A stretch of 64,000 bases of DNA from an uncultured Gemmatimonadaceae bacterium (GTDB lineage: Bacteria > Gemmatimonadota > Gemmatimonadetes > Gemmatimonadales > Gemmatimonadaceae): contig CAWAGQ010000005.1 of NCBI GenBank assembly GCA_963781585.1, positions 192,001 to 256,000 of the forward strand, written 5' to 3'. The notes beneath the pieces were generated by a model. It was not told the DNA's origin. It made no database searches and was given only the letters and a program-made list of their open reading frames with translations. Below, one piece after another: positions 11,744 through 22,000 of the stretch; positions within the stretch are counted from its first letter, which is position 1, and the number at the start of each line of letters is the position of its first letter. A program made the position numbers and the translations under genes.

Positions 11744-12051
11744 CCCGGATGCCGAATCCGCTGGACCCCCTCGACGGCAGTCCTGACAGCACGCTCGACC
11801 TCCACGGATTCGGCGCCACCGAGGCTGCGGCCGCGTTCGAGCAGTTCCTCTCGCGGGAAGCGCGCCGCGAGCCGGGCGCGCTCCTCCATGTCATCACCGG
11901 AAAGGGCCGTAACTCGCCCAACGGCCCGGTGCTGCAACGCGTCATCCGGCGCATTATCCTCGGCGACCACACTCGCCGCATCGTCGCCTGGGGCCGCGAC
12001 GATGACGAAGGGGGGTTCCTGGTGCGCCTCAGCCGCGGCCGGGCACGTTGA
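11740..12051 (+). CDS. Stand-alone Smr/MutS2-domain protein
   Basis: LDLHG and HVITGKGRNS motifs and a terminal GGFLVRL strand. Confidence 0.88.
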   Translation: MTRMPNPLDPLDGSPDSTLDLHGFGATEAAAAFEQFLSREARREPGALLHVITGKGRNSPNGPVLQRVIRRIILGDHTRRIVAWGRDDDEGGFLVRLSRGRAR

Positions 12052-13759
12052 AAAGCGCGATTGGTATCGTCGCGCACCTCACGATCCTGGCCGCGGCGCT
12101 GATCGGGGGCGCGTGTACGCAGTCGCAAGCGGGACCAGATCTCATCTTGCACCACGCCGCGGTGCACACCATGGACCCGCGCCAGCCGTTTGCCGAGGCG
12201 GTCGCGGTTACCGGCGGGCGCATCACGTTCGTCGGCTCCGACAGCGACGCCCTGAAGCTGGTGTCGCGCAACACACGGGTCATCGACGCGGGCGGTCGCC
12301 TGCTGCTTCCGGGATTCATCGACACCCACGTCCATCCGGTGGAGGGGGGGCTGAGGCTGGGCGAGTGCGATCTGCACGACATCATGACGCGCGACTCGCT
12401 CTTCCGCGCGATCGTGGAATGCGCCCGGCGAAATCCCACGGCCGCCTGGGTGCGGGGCGGCGGATTCGAGCTCCCTCTGTTCCCAGACGGGAATCCGTCG
12501 CGCCTGCTGCTCGACTCGCTCGTGCCTGACCGCCCGGCGTTTCTCACGTCGACCGACGAGCACAATGCCTGGGCGAACTCGCGCGCGTTGGCGGTTTCCG
12601 GCGTCACGCGCGACGCGAAGGATCCGCCCCACGGACGCATCGAGCGCGACGCGGCCGGGAATCCGTCGGGTACGCTGCGTGAAGCCGCTCAGGATCTGGT
12701 CGCGAGCCATCTGCCCGCATACGCCGATGCGGATCACGACGCGGCGCTCGAGCGGGCGATGGCACTGGCCAATCGCTTCGGCATCACCACCTGGCACGAG
12801 GCCAACGCCGACGAGGCGATCGTTCGCGCTTATCATCGGGCCGACTCGCTGGGCACGCTCACGGTTCGGACGGTCGTGGCCCTTCATGTCGATCCCGATC
12901 GCGGCACCGCACAGATCCCCATCCTCGATTCACTGCGGCGCCGGTACGGAACGTCTCTCGTGCAGGTGACGGCGGCCAAGATCTTCGTCGATGGTGTCAT
13001 CGAGGGACACACCGCCGTGGTGCTCCAGCCCTATCTCGACCGGCCCGGCTTTCGCGGTCAGCTCAAGGTGTCGCCCGGCCGAGCTCGACACGCTCGTGCA
13101 CGCGCTCGATTCCGCCGGGATTCAAGGTGCACGTGCACGCCATCGGCGACCGGGCCATCCGCACCACGCTCGACGCATTCGAGAAACAGCACGCCATCGA
13201 CGGCGGCGCCGGGCCACGCCACATCATCGCCCATCTCCAGCTCTTCGATCCCGCGGACATTCCCCGACTCGCCAGGCTCGGTGTTGCGGCCTCATTCCAG
13301 CCGCTCTGGGCATTTCGCGACACGTACATGAGGGATCTCACCGAGCCGCGTCTCGGGCCGCGACGTTCGCGCTGGCAGTATCCCATCGCCAGCGTCGTGC
13401 GGACCGGTGCAATCGTCGCTGGGGGGAGTGACTGGCCGGTCACGTCGATGGATCCGCTCCAGGCGATCCAGGTGGCGGTGACGCGCCAGCGTCCGACCGA
13501 TTCGACGGACGCGCCGTTCTATCCCGAGGAACGCGTCGACGTGCCGACGGCGATCGGCATGTACACCAGCGCAGCGGCGATGGCAGTCGATCAGGACTCA
13601 CTCACCGGCACGATTGCCGTGGGCAAGGCCGCCGATCTCATCGTGCTGTCGGACGACCTGTTCGCGGAGTCCGTGTACCGCATCGCCAGTACCCACGTGA
13701 TCCTGACGCTGATGAGTGGTCGCGAGGTCTTTCGCGATTCCGTGCTGTTCCGCCCGTAA
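12048..13759 (+). CDS. Exported amidohydrolase 3 (YtcJ-like), split by two frameshifts at about 13075 and 13118
   Basis: PGFIDTHVH, KIFVDG, HAIGDRA and GGSDWPV motifs spread over three frames (ORFs 12048.., 12991.., 13127..). Lipobox-like GGAC. Confidence 0.88.
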
Positions 13760-13986
13760 TTGGGGTCAGACTCGAATTTCCCAGCGCGCCGGCAAACGCT
13801 GCTCGATTCTGCGAGAGCCGCCCGCGAGTTCGTCGCCCACGTCGCGGCAGGGCGAGTGCGAGGATTCGGTGCCATTCACGCGGGTGACCAGCCGACGCTG
13901 CGGCGCACCTCGTGCGGGTGTGGTTCCACCCGGGTGTCTGTAGCATTGAGCAACCGGGGATCCGTACACTGCAACCGAGAGGACAC

Positions 13987-15504
13987 ATGCGACCATCCGG
14001 GGTGAGTCAGGTCGCGGCCAGATGGCCGAGCTTCAGGTTACGCGCGTTCGCCGCCGCGACCGTCCTGCTCGTGGCCGCCGCATCGGCGTCAGGCGCGCAG
14101 CTCATTACGCCGAAGACGGTGCCAGTCCGTCAGGCGCAGCAGTTCGAGATCTTCCCGTCCGATCGGGCGGGGATGGCCGGAGTATCGATCGCGCTCGACG
14201 ACACGGTGCTCGATCCGTTCGCAAATCCCGCAAAGACCGTCCGCGTCCCGGGAGGCCTCGTCCAGATCTCGCCGTTCGTTCACTCAGTGAGTCTCGCGGG
14301 TGGAGGTGGGCGCACCATTCCGGTGAGCGCGTTCGCCTCGTCAGGCGGGTGGTCCGGCGCCGCCCTGGTCTCGCTCCAGGAGCTCGACCGGCCCACGCGG
14401 AGCACCGGCGCCCCGCTCAGCGAGCAGCACGGCACCAACGAGTACCTGGCCGGTACCCTGGCGCTCCGGCTCTCTCCTGGATTCTCCGTCGGCCTCGGCG
14501 TCCACTGGGCCGACCTGAGCGCGGTCGACGGCGTCGACAAGCTGTACAGCGGGAGCGACAGCCTGCGCGAGGCGGGTCACCAGCTCGACCTGCGCCTTGG
14601 TCTGCTCAGGCAGTGGGGCGTTGGACGGTCGTTCGAGCTGCTGGTGCTCCGAAACACCTATGACATGCGCCACGATGTGCACTACCCGGCCCTCTATCGG
14701 TACACGCCGTGCTGCCCGGGGCCGCCCCCCGAGATCTTCCCGGAGCACGAAGAGCACAACGCGGACCGTACCAATACGTGGGGCGTGCACACGGCATACT
14801 CGCAGCCGGTGGGCGCTCATGGCTGGCGTGTGGGCTGGCTGGCCACCATGAACAAGCTCACCCATCCCCGCATCCCCAACTATACGCTGGTCAGCCTTCC
14901 CCGCGATCCGGGGTTCACCAACGCCTTCAATGCCGGCGCCGGGATCGCCCGCCTCTCCGGCGGAACCACGTTAGGCATCGATGTCGTGCTCGAGCCGATG
15001 TGGAGTCACACCTGGGCAACCGCCGCGCACGACACCATGACCGCGGTGGACGGCATCATTCACGCCGGAGCACGCACCGTCGATAATCACTTCCGGTTCG
15101 CGAACACGCACCTGCGGGTGGGGTTCGGCCAGGACATCCCCATCACCGCGGATTCCGCGACCACGCTCGGCCTCCAGGCCGGCCTCGGCCTCTACTCCAT
15201 CAAATACCGGCTCAACCAACAGAACTACGTGTCGTACGTCTCGCGAACCCAGGATGAGAACTGGATCGAGTGGACGCCCACCCTCGGCGCTCGCCTGCGC
15301 AGCCGGAATGTGGAGGTGGCCTACACCTTCAGCATGACATGCGGGCCGGATTGCAGCCGAAACCACGAGCCCGTGTTCTACCCGCCCCCGGTGCCGCTCG
15401 AGGGGGACGGGGGCGGTGTCATCGCGGCGCCTAACGCACCGCTCACCTTCGACGGCGGGCGCGCAACCATGCATCGGATCACCGTGTCTTTCCGGATGCG
15501 CTGA
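13987..15504 (+). CDS. Secreted, probable outer-membrane beta-barrel protein
   Basis: GAGGA RBS, signal peptide ending ASGA-Q, many amphipathic strands and a C-terminal ITVSFRMR. Confidence 0.6.
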   Translation: MRPSGVSQVAARWPSFRLRAFAAATVLLVAAASASGAQLITPKTVPVRQAQQFEIFPSDRAGMAGVSIALDDTVLDPFANPAKTVRVPGGLVQISPFVHSVSLAGGGGRTIPVSAFASSGGWSGAALVSLQELDRPTRSTGAPLSEQHGTNEYLAGTLALRLSPGFSVGLGVHWADLSAVDGVDKLYSGSDSLREAGHQLDLRLGLLRQWGVGRSFELLVLRNTYDMRHDVHYPALYRYTPCCPGPPPEIFPEHEEHNADRTNTWGVHTAYSQPVGAHGWRVGWLATMNKLTHPRIPNYTLVSLPRDPGFTNAFNAGAGIARLSGGTTLGIDVVLEPMWSHTWATAAHDTMTAVDGIIHAGARTVDNHFRFANTHLRVGFGQDIPITADSATTLGLQAGLGLYSIKYRLNQQNYVSYVSRTQDENWIEWTPTLGARLRSRNVEVAYTFSMTCGPDCSRNHEPVFYPPPVPLEGDGGGVIAAPNAPLTFDGGRATMHRITVSFRMR

Positions 15505-15611
15505 CGGTCGCAGGGCGGAGAGGATTGGGGGCAGTCCCGGAAGGCGAACGACGACGCATCCCCCGAGGCAGAGCCGGGAAGAACGATGAGGCGCGGGAGC
15601 GAACGACTCGG

Positions 15612-17753
15612 TTACCTCCCCGCTTTCCCTCCAATCGTCGCCTGGGTCTCGAGCCGGATCGGCAACCGCCGCACGCGCGTTCCCGTCAACCGGAAGATCG
15701 CGTTCGCCACCGCCGGACCGATCTGCGGCACCCCGGGCTCACCGGCTCCCCCGGGCTCTTCCTCGCTATCGACAAGGAAGATGTCGTATTCCGGCGCCTC
15801 GGTGATCCGCACCATCCGGTAGTCGTTGAAGTTCCCCTGCTTCACGCGGCCGTTCTCGATCGTGATCTCGCCATACAGCGCCGCCGTGAGACCGCCAATG
15901 ATTGCCCCCATCAGCTGCGCTTCGACTATCCCCGGGTGCATGACGCGGCCACAGTCGGCCACGCACCACACCTTGTGTACGCGCACCCGATTGTTCTGCA
16001 CCGACACCTCGGCCACCTCGGCCACATACGACCCATCCAGCTCGGCGATCGCCAGCCCGCGTGCCCGGCCGGCCGGCGCCGGGGTCTTCCATGCCGAGCG
16101 CTGCGCCGCCACCTCCAGCACGTGTTTCATCCGCGGCGCGCCCGACAGCAGTTCGAGCCGCACATCGAGCGGGTCGCGATTGGCCGCGTGGGCCAGCTCG
16201 TCCATGAAACTCTCGATGAAGAACGCGTTCTGCGACGGACCCACCGACCGCCAGTAGCCCACCGGCACCGCGATGTCGGGCTTGCTGTAGTCCACGTGGA
16301 GATTGGGAATGGCGTATGGCGTATTGGAGATGGCGTCCACCGCCGGGCCGTCCACGCCCCCGCGTCCGCCGGAAATCGGCGGCGTGGCAACGCGCGCGCG
16401 CAGCGCGACCACCTTCCCCTGTGCGTCCAGCCCACCCTGGAATTCCACGTGGGCCGCCGGCCGGTACTGGTCGTGCTGCATGTCCTCCTCGCGTGTCCAC
16501 AGCACCTGCACCGGCGCGCCGATCTTCTTCGACGTCTCGACCGCGTCCTCGACGAAATCGGTGCGCGAGCGCCGCCCCCAGCCACAGCCCAGGTACGGCA
16601 CGTGCACCGTCACTTTGTCGATCGGCAGACCGGTGATCTGCGCTGCCGCGCTCTGGGTCCCCTGCGGGTTCTGCGTCGGCGCCCAGATCTCGCAGCGGTC
16701 GGCGCGCACGTCGGCCGTACAGTTCATCGGCTCCATCGTCGCATGGGCGAGATACGGCGCCTGATACGTGGCGTCGATGCGATGCGCCGCGCCCGACAGC
16801 GCGGAGTCGACGTTTCCTTCACTCCGCGCCTGCGTCCCGGGTTGCCGAACGAGCTGAGCGAGGTTGCTGAAGATCTCGTCGCTGTTCATCGCGAAGCCGC
16901 CGCTCTGCCACTGCACGCTCAGTGCGCGTGCTCCCTTGATCGCCGCCCAGGTGTTCTCGGCCACCACCGCCACACCCTGCGAGACCTGGACGACCTGCTT
17001 CACGCCGGGCACCGCGCGCGTCTTCGTGTCGTCGAACGAGCGGACCGAATCACCGAACACCGGGGGATGCACCACGGTGGCGAACAGCATGCCGGGAACG
17101 CGCGCGTCGATCCCGTAGGCGGCACGCCCGGAGACCTTCTCCTTCGTGTCGACCAGCGGGATCCGCTTGCCGATCAGCTTGAACTCTTTCGGATCCTTGA
17201 GCTGCGGCTGTGACGGTACCGCCATGGCCGATGCGGCGTCGGCCACCTCGCCGTATCCCACCGACCGTTTCGAGGCATCGTGGTACACCCGGCCGGCCTC
17301 GGTCCGACAGGCGGACGCGCTCACGCCCCATTTCGCGGCCGCCGCGGCCACCAGCATCTGACGGGCAGTCGCGCCGGCCTGCCGCAGCGCCATCCATGCG
17401 TTCCCGCGCACACTGGAGCTCCCCACCGTCATCATGCGGCCGTATTTCCGCGGGTCCGCATCCGCCTGCACGATGCGCACCTTGCTCCAGTCCGCGTCGA
17501 GCTCCTCGGCCACGATCATCGGCATGGCAGTCCGGACGCCCTGTCCCATGTCGGAGCGCCCGGACCAGATCGTCACTGACCCGTCGGTGTCGACCCGCAC
17601 GAAGGCGTTAGGCTGAAGCGGCGCCGCGGTGCGCGTACTGCGTTCCGGCCGTCGCGCCACATCGGGGAAATAGACGCCGAGGAACAGACCGCCACCGGCG
17701 ACCGCGCCGAGCTTCAGGAAATCGCGGCGGTCGAGCTTGGAGATCGTGGTCAT
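15612..17753 (-). CDS. iorB: Isoquinoline 1-oxidoreductase beta-like molybdopterin subunit (xanthine dehydrogenase family), Tat-exported
   Basis: Tat motif DRRDFLK; DMGQGVRT, HATMEPMNC, GYWRSVG and GGAGEPG motifs. Confidence 0.92.
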   Translation of the reverse strand: MTTISKLDRRDFLKLGAVAGGGLFLGVYFPDVARRPERSTRTAAPLQPNAFVRVDTDGSVTIWSGRSDMGQGVRTAMPMIVAEELDADWSKVRIVQADADPRKYGRMMTVGSSSVRGNAWMALRQAGATARQMLVAAAAAKWGVSASACRTEAGRVYHDASKRSVGYGEVADAASAMAVPSQPQLKDPKEFKLIGKRIPLVDTKEKVSGRAAYGIDARVPGMLFATVVHPPVFGDSVRSFDDTKTRAVPGVKQVVQVSQGVAVVAENTWAAIKGARALSVQWQSGGFAMNSDEIFSNLAQLVRQPGTQARSEGNVDSALSGAAHRIDATYQAPYLAHATMEPMNCTADVRADRCEIWAPTQNPQGTQSAAAQITGLPIDKVTVHVPYLGCGWGRRSRTDFVEDAVETSKKIGAPVQVLWTREEDMQHDQYRPAAHVEFQGGLDAQGKVVALRARVATPPISGGRGGVDGPAVDAISNTPYAIPNLHVDYSKPDIAVPVGYWRSVGPSQNAFFIESFMDELAHAANRDPLDVRLELLSGAPRMKHVLEVAAQRSAWKTPAPAGRARGLAIAELDGSYVAEVAEVSVQNNRVRVHKVWCVADCGRVMHPGIVEAQLMGAIIGGLTAALYGEITIENGRVKQGNFNDYRMVRITEAPEYDIFLVDSEEEPGGAGEPGVPQIGPAVANAIFRLTGTRVRRLPIRLETQATIGGKAGR

Positions 17754-17756
17754 CGC

Positions 17757-18215
17757 TTAGCCCTCCCGCACGGCGCGATGGATCGCGCGCCGGATCCGAT
17801 CGTAGGTTCCGCAGCGACAGATGTTGCCTGACATGGCGCGATCGATGTCGGCATCGGTCGGACTCCTGTTCGCGGCGAGGAGCGCCGCGGCCGACATGAT
17901 CTGTCCCGACTGGCAGTAGCCGCACTGCGGGACCTCCTCGGCGATCCAGGCCTTCTGGACCGCGTGCGTCACGTCGGGCGACAGCCCTTCTATTGTAGTG
18001 ATCGCGCGATCACCGACGTCGGACACCGGCGTGCGGCAGGAATGCACCGCCTTGCCCTCGAGGTGGACGGTGCAGGCGCCGCACTGCCCGATGCCGCAGC
18101 CGTACTTGGTGCCGGTGAGGCCGGCGGCGTCGCGGAGGACCCAGAGCAATGGCGTATCGGGCTCGACATTGAGCTGCCGGGAGCGTCCGTTGATGCGCAG
18201 GGTGATCGCTGCCAT
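17757..18215 (-). CDS. iorA: (2Fe-2S)-binding small subunit
   Basis: [26 protein letters not shown] and NICRCGTY; lies directly upstream of iorB. Confidence 0.95.
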   Translation of the reverse strand: MAAITLRINGRSRQLNVEPDTPLLWVLRDAAGLTGTKYGCGIGQCGACTVHLEGKAVHSCRTPVSDVGDRAITTIEGLSPDVTHAVQKAWIAEEVPQCGYCQSGQIMSAAALLAANRSPTDADIDRAMSGNICRCGTYDRIRRAIHRAVREG

Positions 18216-18366
18216 GTGTCTCTCCGTTTGAGACGGGATCAGATCTCCACGCTACATCGAGAGCGGCGCGAGGTCCAGAGTTTCGAGGCGCTTGGGGCGC
18301 AGCACCACGCGGCGAGCCCTGCGAAGCGCGCAACTGCGCGCTCCTCGACGGCCGCCTGCCGGCGCA

Positions 18367-18780
18367 TCAGGGGCGCAGCACGAATGCGCGGACGTGTCTC
18401 GGACGCACAGTGCCAAAGTGCCGTCGATCGGTCGTGAGCAGTTCGCGCGACTCCAGCCGTTCGGCAGTGGCCACGATCACGGCAGCGACGAATCCGATGG
18501 GGAAATCCGCGTACTGACGCATGACGTCGGCCGCGCGATTCACATCCTCCATCTCCAGATCCTCGAGCACGAATTCGCCCTCGGCCACGGATCGCACGAA
18601 GGCCTCTTCCGCGATGGGACCGATGCGCGTCTCCAGGAGATAGGCGACCTCCGGCAGGACGACGACAGGTACCACGACCGAAGCCCCGTGGTCCGCCCAC
18701 CAATTCAGCGTCCGCTCGTGCCACGCGTCGCTCCTGTCGGCGAGCGCGTAGAGGGCCCCCGAGTCCGCGATGATGGTCAC
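18367..18780 (-). CDS. vapC: PIN-domain toxin (VapC family)
   Basis: IIADSGALYA, VLPEVAYLL and LLTTDRRHF; lies downstream of a small RHH gene. Confidence 0.88.
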   Translation of the reverse strand: MTIIADSGALYALADRSDAWHERTLNWWADHGASVVVPVVVLPEVAYLLETRIGPIAEEAFVRSVAEGEFVLEDLEMEDVNRAADVMRQYADFPIGFVAAVIVATAERLESRELLTTDRRHFGTVRPRHVRAFVLRP

Positions 18781-18786
18781 CGCCTG

Positions 18787-19017
18787 CTACGCGTGCGGAT
18801 CACGCCAGAGGAGCTCGTCGACGCGGGCCGATGTATCGTGCTCGCCGCTCGCGAAACGTCCGGCTATCGACGGCAGCGTGCCGGAGCCGCCGGGCCGCGC
18901 AACGTACTGGGCGAGCGCCTCGCGCACGAGGTGCGCAAAGCTCGTCCCGCGTCGTGCGGCCAGACGCTGCAGGCGGCGCCGAAGTTTGTCGTCAAGGAAG
19001 ATGGTCGTGCGCCTCAT
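18787..19017 (-). CDS. CopG/ribbon-helix-helix antitoxin (VapB-like)
   Basis: MRRTTIFLDDKLRRRLQRLAARRGTSFAHLVREALAQY fits an RHH fold; 76 aa. Confidence 0.88.
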   Translation of the reverse strand: MRRTTIFLDDKLRRRLQRLAARRGTSFAHLVREALAQYVARPGGSGTLPSIAGRFASGEHDTSARVDELLWRDPHA

Positions 19018-19052
19018 GTCATATATATTACATACAGTATATGCTACGTCAA
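19018..19052 (-). promoter_or_regulatory. Sigma-70-type promoter and inverted-repeat operator of the TA operon (probably leaderless)
   Basis: Minus strand TTGACG-N16-TAATAT-N7-ATG in an AT-rich patch. Inverted repeat CATATA-N12-TATATG at 19020-19043. Confidence 0.7.
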
Positions 19053-19183
19053 TGGACGCTCTGTGGGCAGGGACGAGCAATACCTCGGAGCGCTTCGCGA
19101 CTGGTCAGGCGCCTCTGACTGACGCGCGCTCCTGTGACCAGCGGCCCGCCGCCGCTGGCAAAGCACGGGACCCGGCGACCCGC

Positions 19184-20632
19184 TCAGCTGATCGGCTTCT
19201 TGTCCCCCGTCACGCTCCGAACCAGCCGGTACATGAACTCCAGGCTCTCGTAGAACGCCCGCACTGGAATGTGCTCGTTCATCCCGTGGGCATTCGTTTC
19301 ACCGTAGAACTGTCCCGCCACCCCGTACGTCGCGATTCCGCCCAGGCGGAGCGATACCCCATCGGTCGCTCCTGTGCTCATCGTCGGAATCACCGGCACA
19401 CCGGGCCACAGCTCGTTCGTGATCCGCTCGATCTGCGCCATCAGCGCCGGCGTCAGCGGCGACGGCGGCGAGTTGCGCGCCGAGCCGCGCGCCGTGACGT
19501 GCACGCCTGTATCAGCCACCACTCTTTCGAGCACGCCCTTCACGGACTCCGCGGTCTCGTCAGGCAGCACGCGGCAGTTGATCGTCGCCCGCGCCCGCTG
19601 CGGCAGCGCGTTGCTGGCGTGCCCGCCCTCCAGCATCGTCGCGACACACGTCGTACGCAGCTGCGAGTTGTACCTGGGGTCCGCGGACAGCGTCGCCGCC
19701 GCCATGGCGTCGCCCGGATTCGCGACAATGGCCGTCATCGCCGCCGCCATCCCCGGATCCTCGGACTTGAGCGTCGGCGCCAGACGCGTGAAGTACGCGC
19801 GCGTGACGTCGTTGAGATGCACCGGAAAGATCGACGGCGTCACCTTCACCAGCGCCGCCGCCAGCTCGGTGATGGCGTTGTCGGGACGCGGCACCGAGCT
19901 GTGCCCGCCCGGATTGAACGACTCCAGATAGAACGTCTGGACCTTTTTCTCGCTCGCCTGCACGTCGTGCGATACCTTCACCGTGTCGCGCAGCCGCCCG
20001 CCGCCCCCCTCGTTGAACGCGAATTCGGCGTCGATGAGGTCGCGGTGCTCGCGCATCAGCCATCCTGCCCCGTTCGCCCCCCCGCCTTCCTCGTCCGTCG
20101 TCGCCGCCATGATGATGTCGCGGTCCGGCGAATACCCCTCGGCCTTGAGCCGCATCAGGATCGTGAGATCGATCGCCGCGTCGTCCTTGTTGTCCGATAC
20201 GCCGCGTCCGTAGAACGTCCCGTCCTTCTCGATGAACTGGAACGGCGGCAGCGTCCAGTCGGCCGGTTTGGCTTCCACCACGTCGATGTGCGAGAGCAGC
20301 AGAATCGGCTTCTTCCCCGTGTTTCTGCCGTGCAGTCGCGCCACGATGTTGCCCTTTCGCGGGGCGTTCGACAGCACAACGACGTCGGAGTCCGGAAACC
20401 CCGCCGCCTTGAGCCGAGCCGCCATCGCCTCCGCCACCTTCAGCGTCGAGCCGTCGCTGTCCTCGGAATTGATCTCGATCAGTTCCTTGAAGACGTCGCG
20501 CGCGACCGAGTCCCAGTGGGCGGTGGTGCCCGCCTGAGCGTGCAGCGAAAGGGGAGCGCCTGCGAGGGCTATGACAGTGAGTATCGCGGTCAGACGCGCG
20601 AGCAACAGCGGGCAGAGCATCGAGGGACGCAT
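19184..20632 (-). CDS. Secreted M20/M25/M40 family metallopeptidase
   Basis: Signal peptide (LHA-Q); SHIDVV, GRGVSDNK, DEEGG, NEGG and AHGMNE motifs. Confidence 0.92.
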   Translation of the reverse strand: MRPSMLCPLLLARLTAILTVIALAGAPLSLHAQAGTTAHWDSVARDVFKELIEINSEDSDGSTLKVAEAMAARLKAAGFPDSDVVVLSNAPRKGNIVARLHGRNTGKKPILLLSHIDVVEAKPADWTLPPFQFIEKDGTFYGRGVSDNKDDAAIDLTILMRLKAEGYSPDRDIIMAATTDEEGGGANGAGWLMREHRDLIDAEFAFNEGGGGRLRDTVKVSHDVQASEKKVQTFYLESFNPGGHSSVPRPDNAITELAAALVKVTPSIFPVHLNDVTRAYFTRLAPTLKSEDPGMAAAMTAIVANPGDAMAAATLSADPRYNSQLRTTCVATMLEGGHASNALPQRARATINCRVLPDETAESVKGVLERVVADTGVHVTARGSARNSPPSPLTPALMAQIERITNELWPGVPVIPTMSTGATDGVSLRLGGIATYGVAGQFYGETNAHGMNEHIPVRAFYESLEFMYRLVRSVTGDKKPIS

Positions 20633-20699
20633 GGGTGTGGTCGCGAAGGAAGTTGGTGGCAGGATCGTGCGCTGTCGGTCATACCGTGTCAACGGTTCC

Positions 20700-20775
20700 G
20701 GCCTCGACCTCTGGCCTCTGACCTCCTTTGGCGTTTGGCCTTTGGCCTTTGGCCTCTGGTATCTGGCCTCTGACG
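20700..20775 (+). repeat. Degenerate heptamer tandem array (TGGCCTY-like)
   Basis: …TGGCCTC TGACCTC…TGGCGTT TGGCCTT TGGCCTT TGGCCTC TGGTATC TGGCCTC…. Confidence 0.85.
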
Positions 20776-20862
20776 TCTCTCCGCCCCCTCTAGCGCACCG
20801 GCCACCAAACGCATTGACTAGAGCAGGCCGAACGTTTCCAAGACACCCCCGCGCTTCTCCCC

Positions 20863-21792
20863 ATGGATCCCAATTCGGGCAACTCCCTCGCCAAGCTCCT
20901 CCTCCTCGTCGCGCTGGGAGGGTTCACCCTCTACTACCTGGTGATCTTCGTCCGGGCGATCGCGAAGAAGCGGCACGAAGCGGCCGGCGAGAGCAACACC
21001 CCGACTCCCATCGGGCTCGGGACAGGATTCATCACCAATTTCTTCGATACGCTCGGGATCGGCTCGTACGCCCCCACCACCTCCATCTTCCGCTTTCTCA
21101 AGATGGTGCCTGACGAGTGGATCCCCGGTACGCTCACCATCGGGCACACCCTTCCAACGATCGCCGAAGCCTACATCTTCACCCGGATCGTCCCCGTGGA
21201 TCCCACCACGCTGATGGCCATGATCGGGGCCTCGATTCTGGGCGCCTGGCTTGGCGCCGGCGTGGTCTCGAAATGGCCGCGGCGGATGGTTCAGCTCGGA
21301 ATGGGTTTCTGCCTGCTGGCGGCCGCCGGCTTGATGGCGGCCTATGCGCTTCGTGGGCAGCCCGTGGGAGGACAGGCAATCGGGGTCACCGGGGTTTTGC
21401 TTGGCGTCGCAATCGCCGGCAATTTCGTCCTCGGCGCCCTCATGACCATCGGCATCGGACTCTACGCGCCCTGCATGATCCTGATCAGCCTCGTCGGCAT
21501 GAATGTGAAAGCGGCCTTCCCGATCATGATGTGCTCCTGCGCGTTCCTGATGCCGGTGGCCAGCGCGCGCTTTGCCCGCACCGGAGCCTTCCACCTCAAG
21601 ACCGCACTCGGCCTGGCAATTGGCGGCGTCCCGGCGGTCCTGATCGCCGCTTTCATCGTGAAGTCGCTGCCCCTCAATGCGGTGCAGTGGCTGGTCGTCG
21701 TGGTCGTGCTGTACACGTCCTGGTCGCTGTTGCGAGCGGCGCGGCGCGAGCGCGCCACGGGGTCGGCGCCTGCGACCGAGACCGCGATGTAG
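20863..21792 (+). CDS. TauE/SafE (TSUP) family permease
   Basis: Hydrophobic protein with NFFDTLGIGSYAPTT and GALMTIGIGLYAP motifs. Confidence 0.85.
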   Translation: MDPNSGNSLAKLLLLVALGGFTLYYLVIFVRAIAKKRHEAAGESNTPTPIGLGTGFITNFFDTLGIGSYAPTTSIFRFLKMVPDEWIPGTLTIGHTLPTIAEAYIFTRIVPVDPTTLMAMIGASILGAWLGAGVVSKWPRRMVQLGMGFCLLAAAGLMAAYALRGQPVGGQAIGVTGVLLGVAIAGNFVLGALMTIGIGLYAPCMILISLVGMNVKAAFPIMMCSCAFLMPVASARFARTGAFHLKTALGLAIGGVPAVLIAAFIVKSLPLNAVQWLVVVVVLYTSWSLLRAARRERATGSAPATETAM

Positions 21793-22000
21793 CGTTGATC
21801 AATCGGCCGGTCTGTCGTCACGTACCGGCCACGGCTGTCGCCCTCGCCGGCGGTCATACCTGCCAGTAGTGCAGTACGGGTATGCAATCCTCGACCAGGT
21901 GCGTCGGAGACAGCCCGCGCCGGTTGTTGACGAACGCTCCGGGCGGAGCTATGTAAATAGGCCATTCGCATTACCCAACCTCGTACATAGGAGCTGCACC

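Noticed and set aside
6461..13125. Programmed ribosomal frameshifting in the two split genes
   Set aside because: There is no slippery heptamer, and two of the three indels are in short homopolymers typical of sequencing error.
18770..20773. Long antisense or alternate-frame ORFs (e.g. 18770..20773 +, 15525..17213 +, 6346..8388 -, 58650..60446 -, 8622..10808 +)
   Set aside because: These are Arg/Pro/His-rich shadow ORFs of well-supported genes, expected at this GC content.
21927..21960. Sigma-70 promoter (TTGACG-N17-TATGTA) upstream of the lipoprotein gene
   Set aside because: The -10 match lacks the conserved final T, so it is too weak to call.
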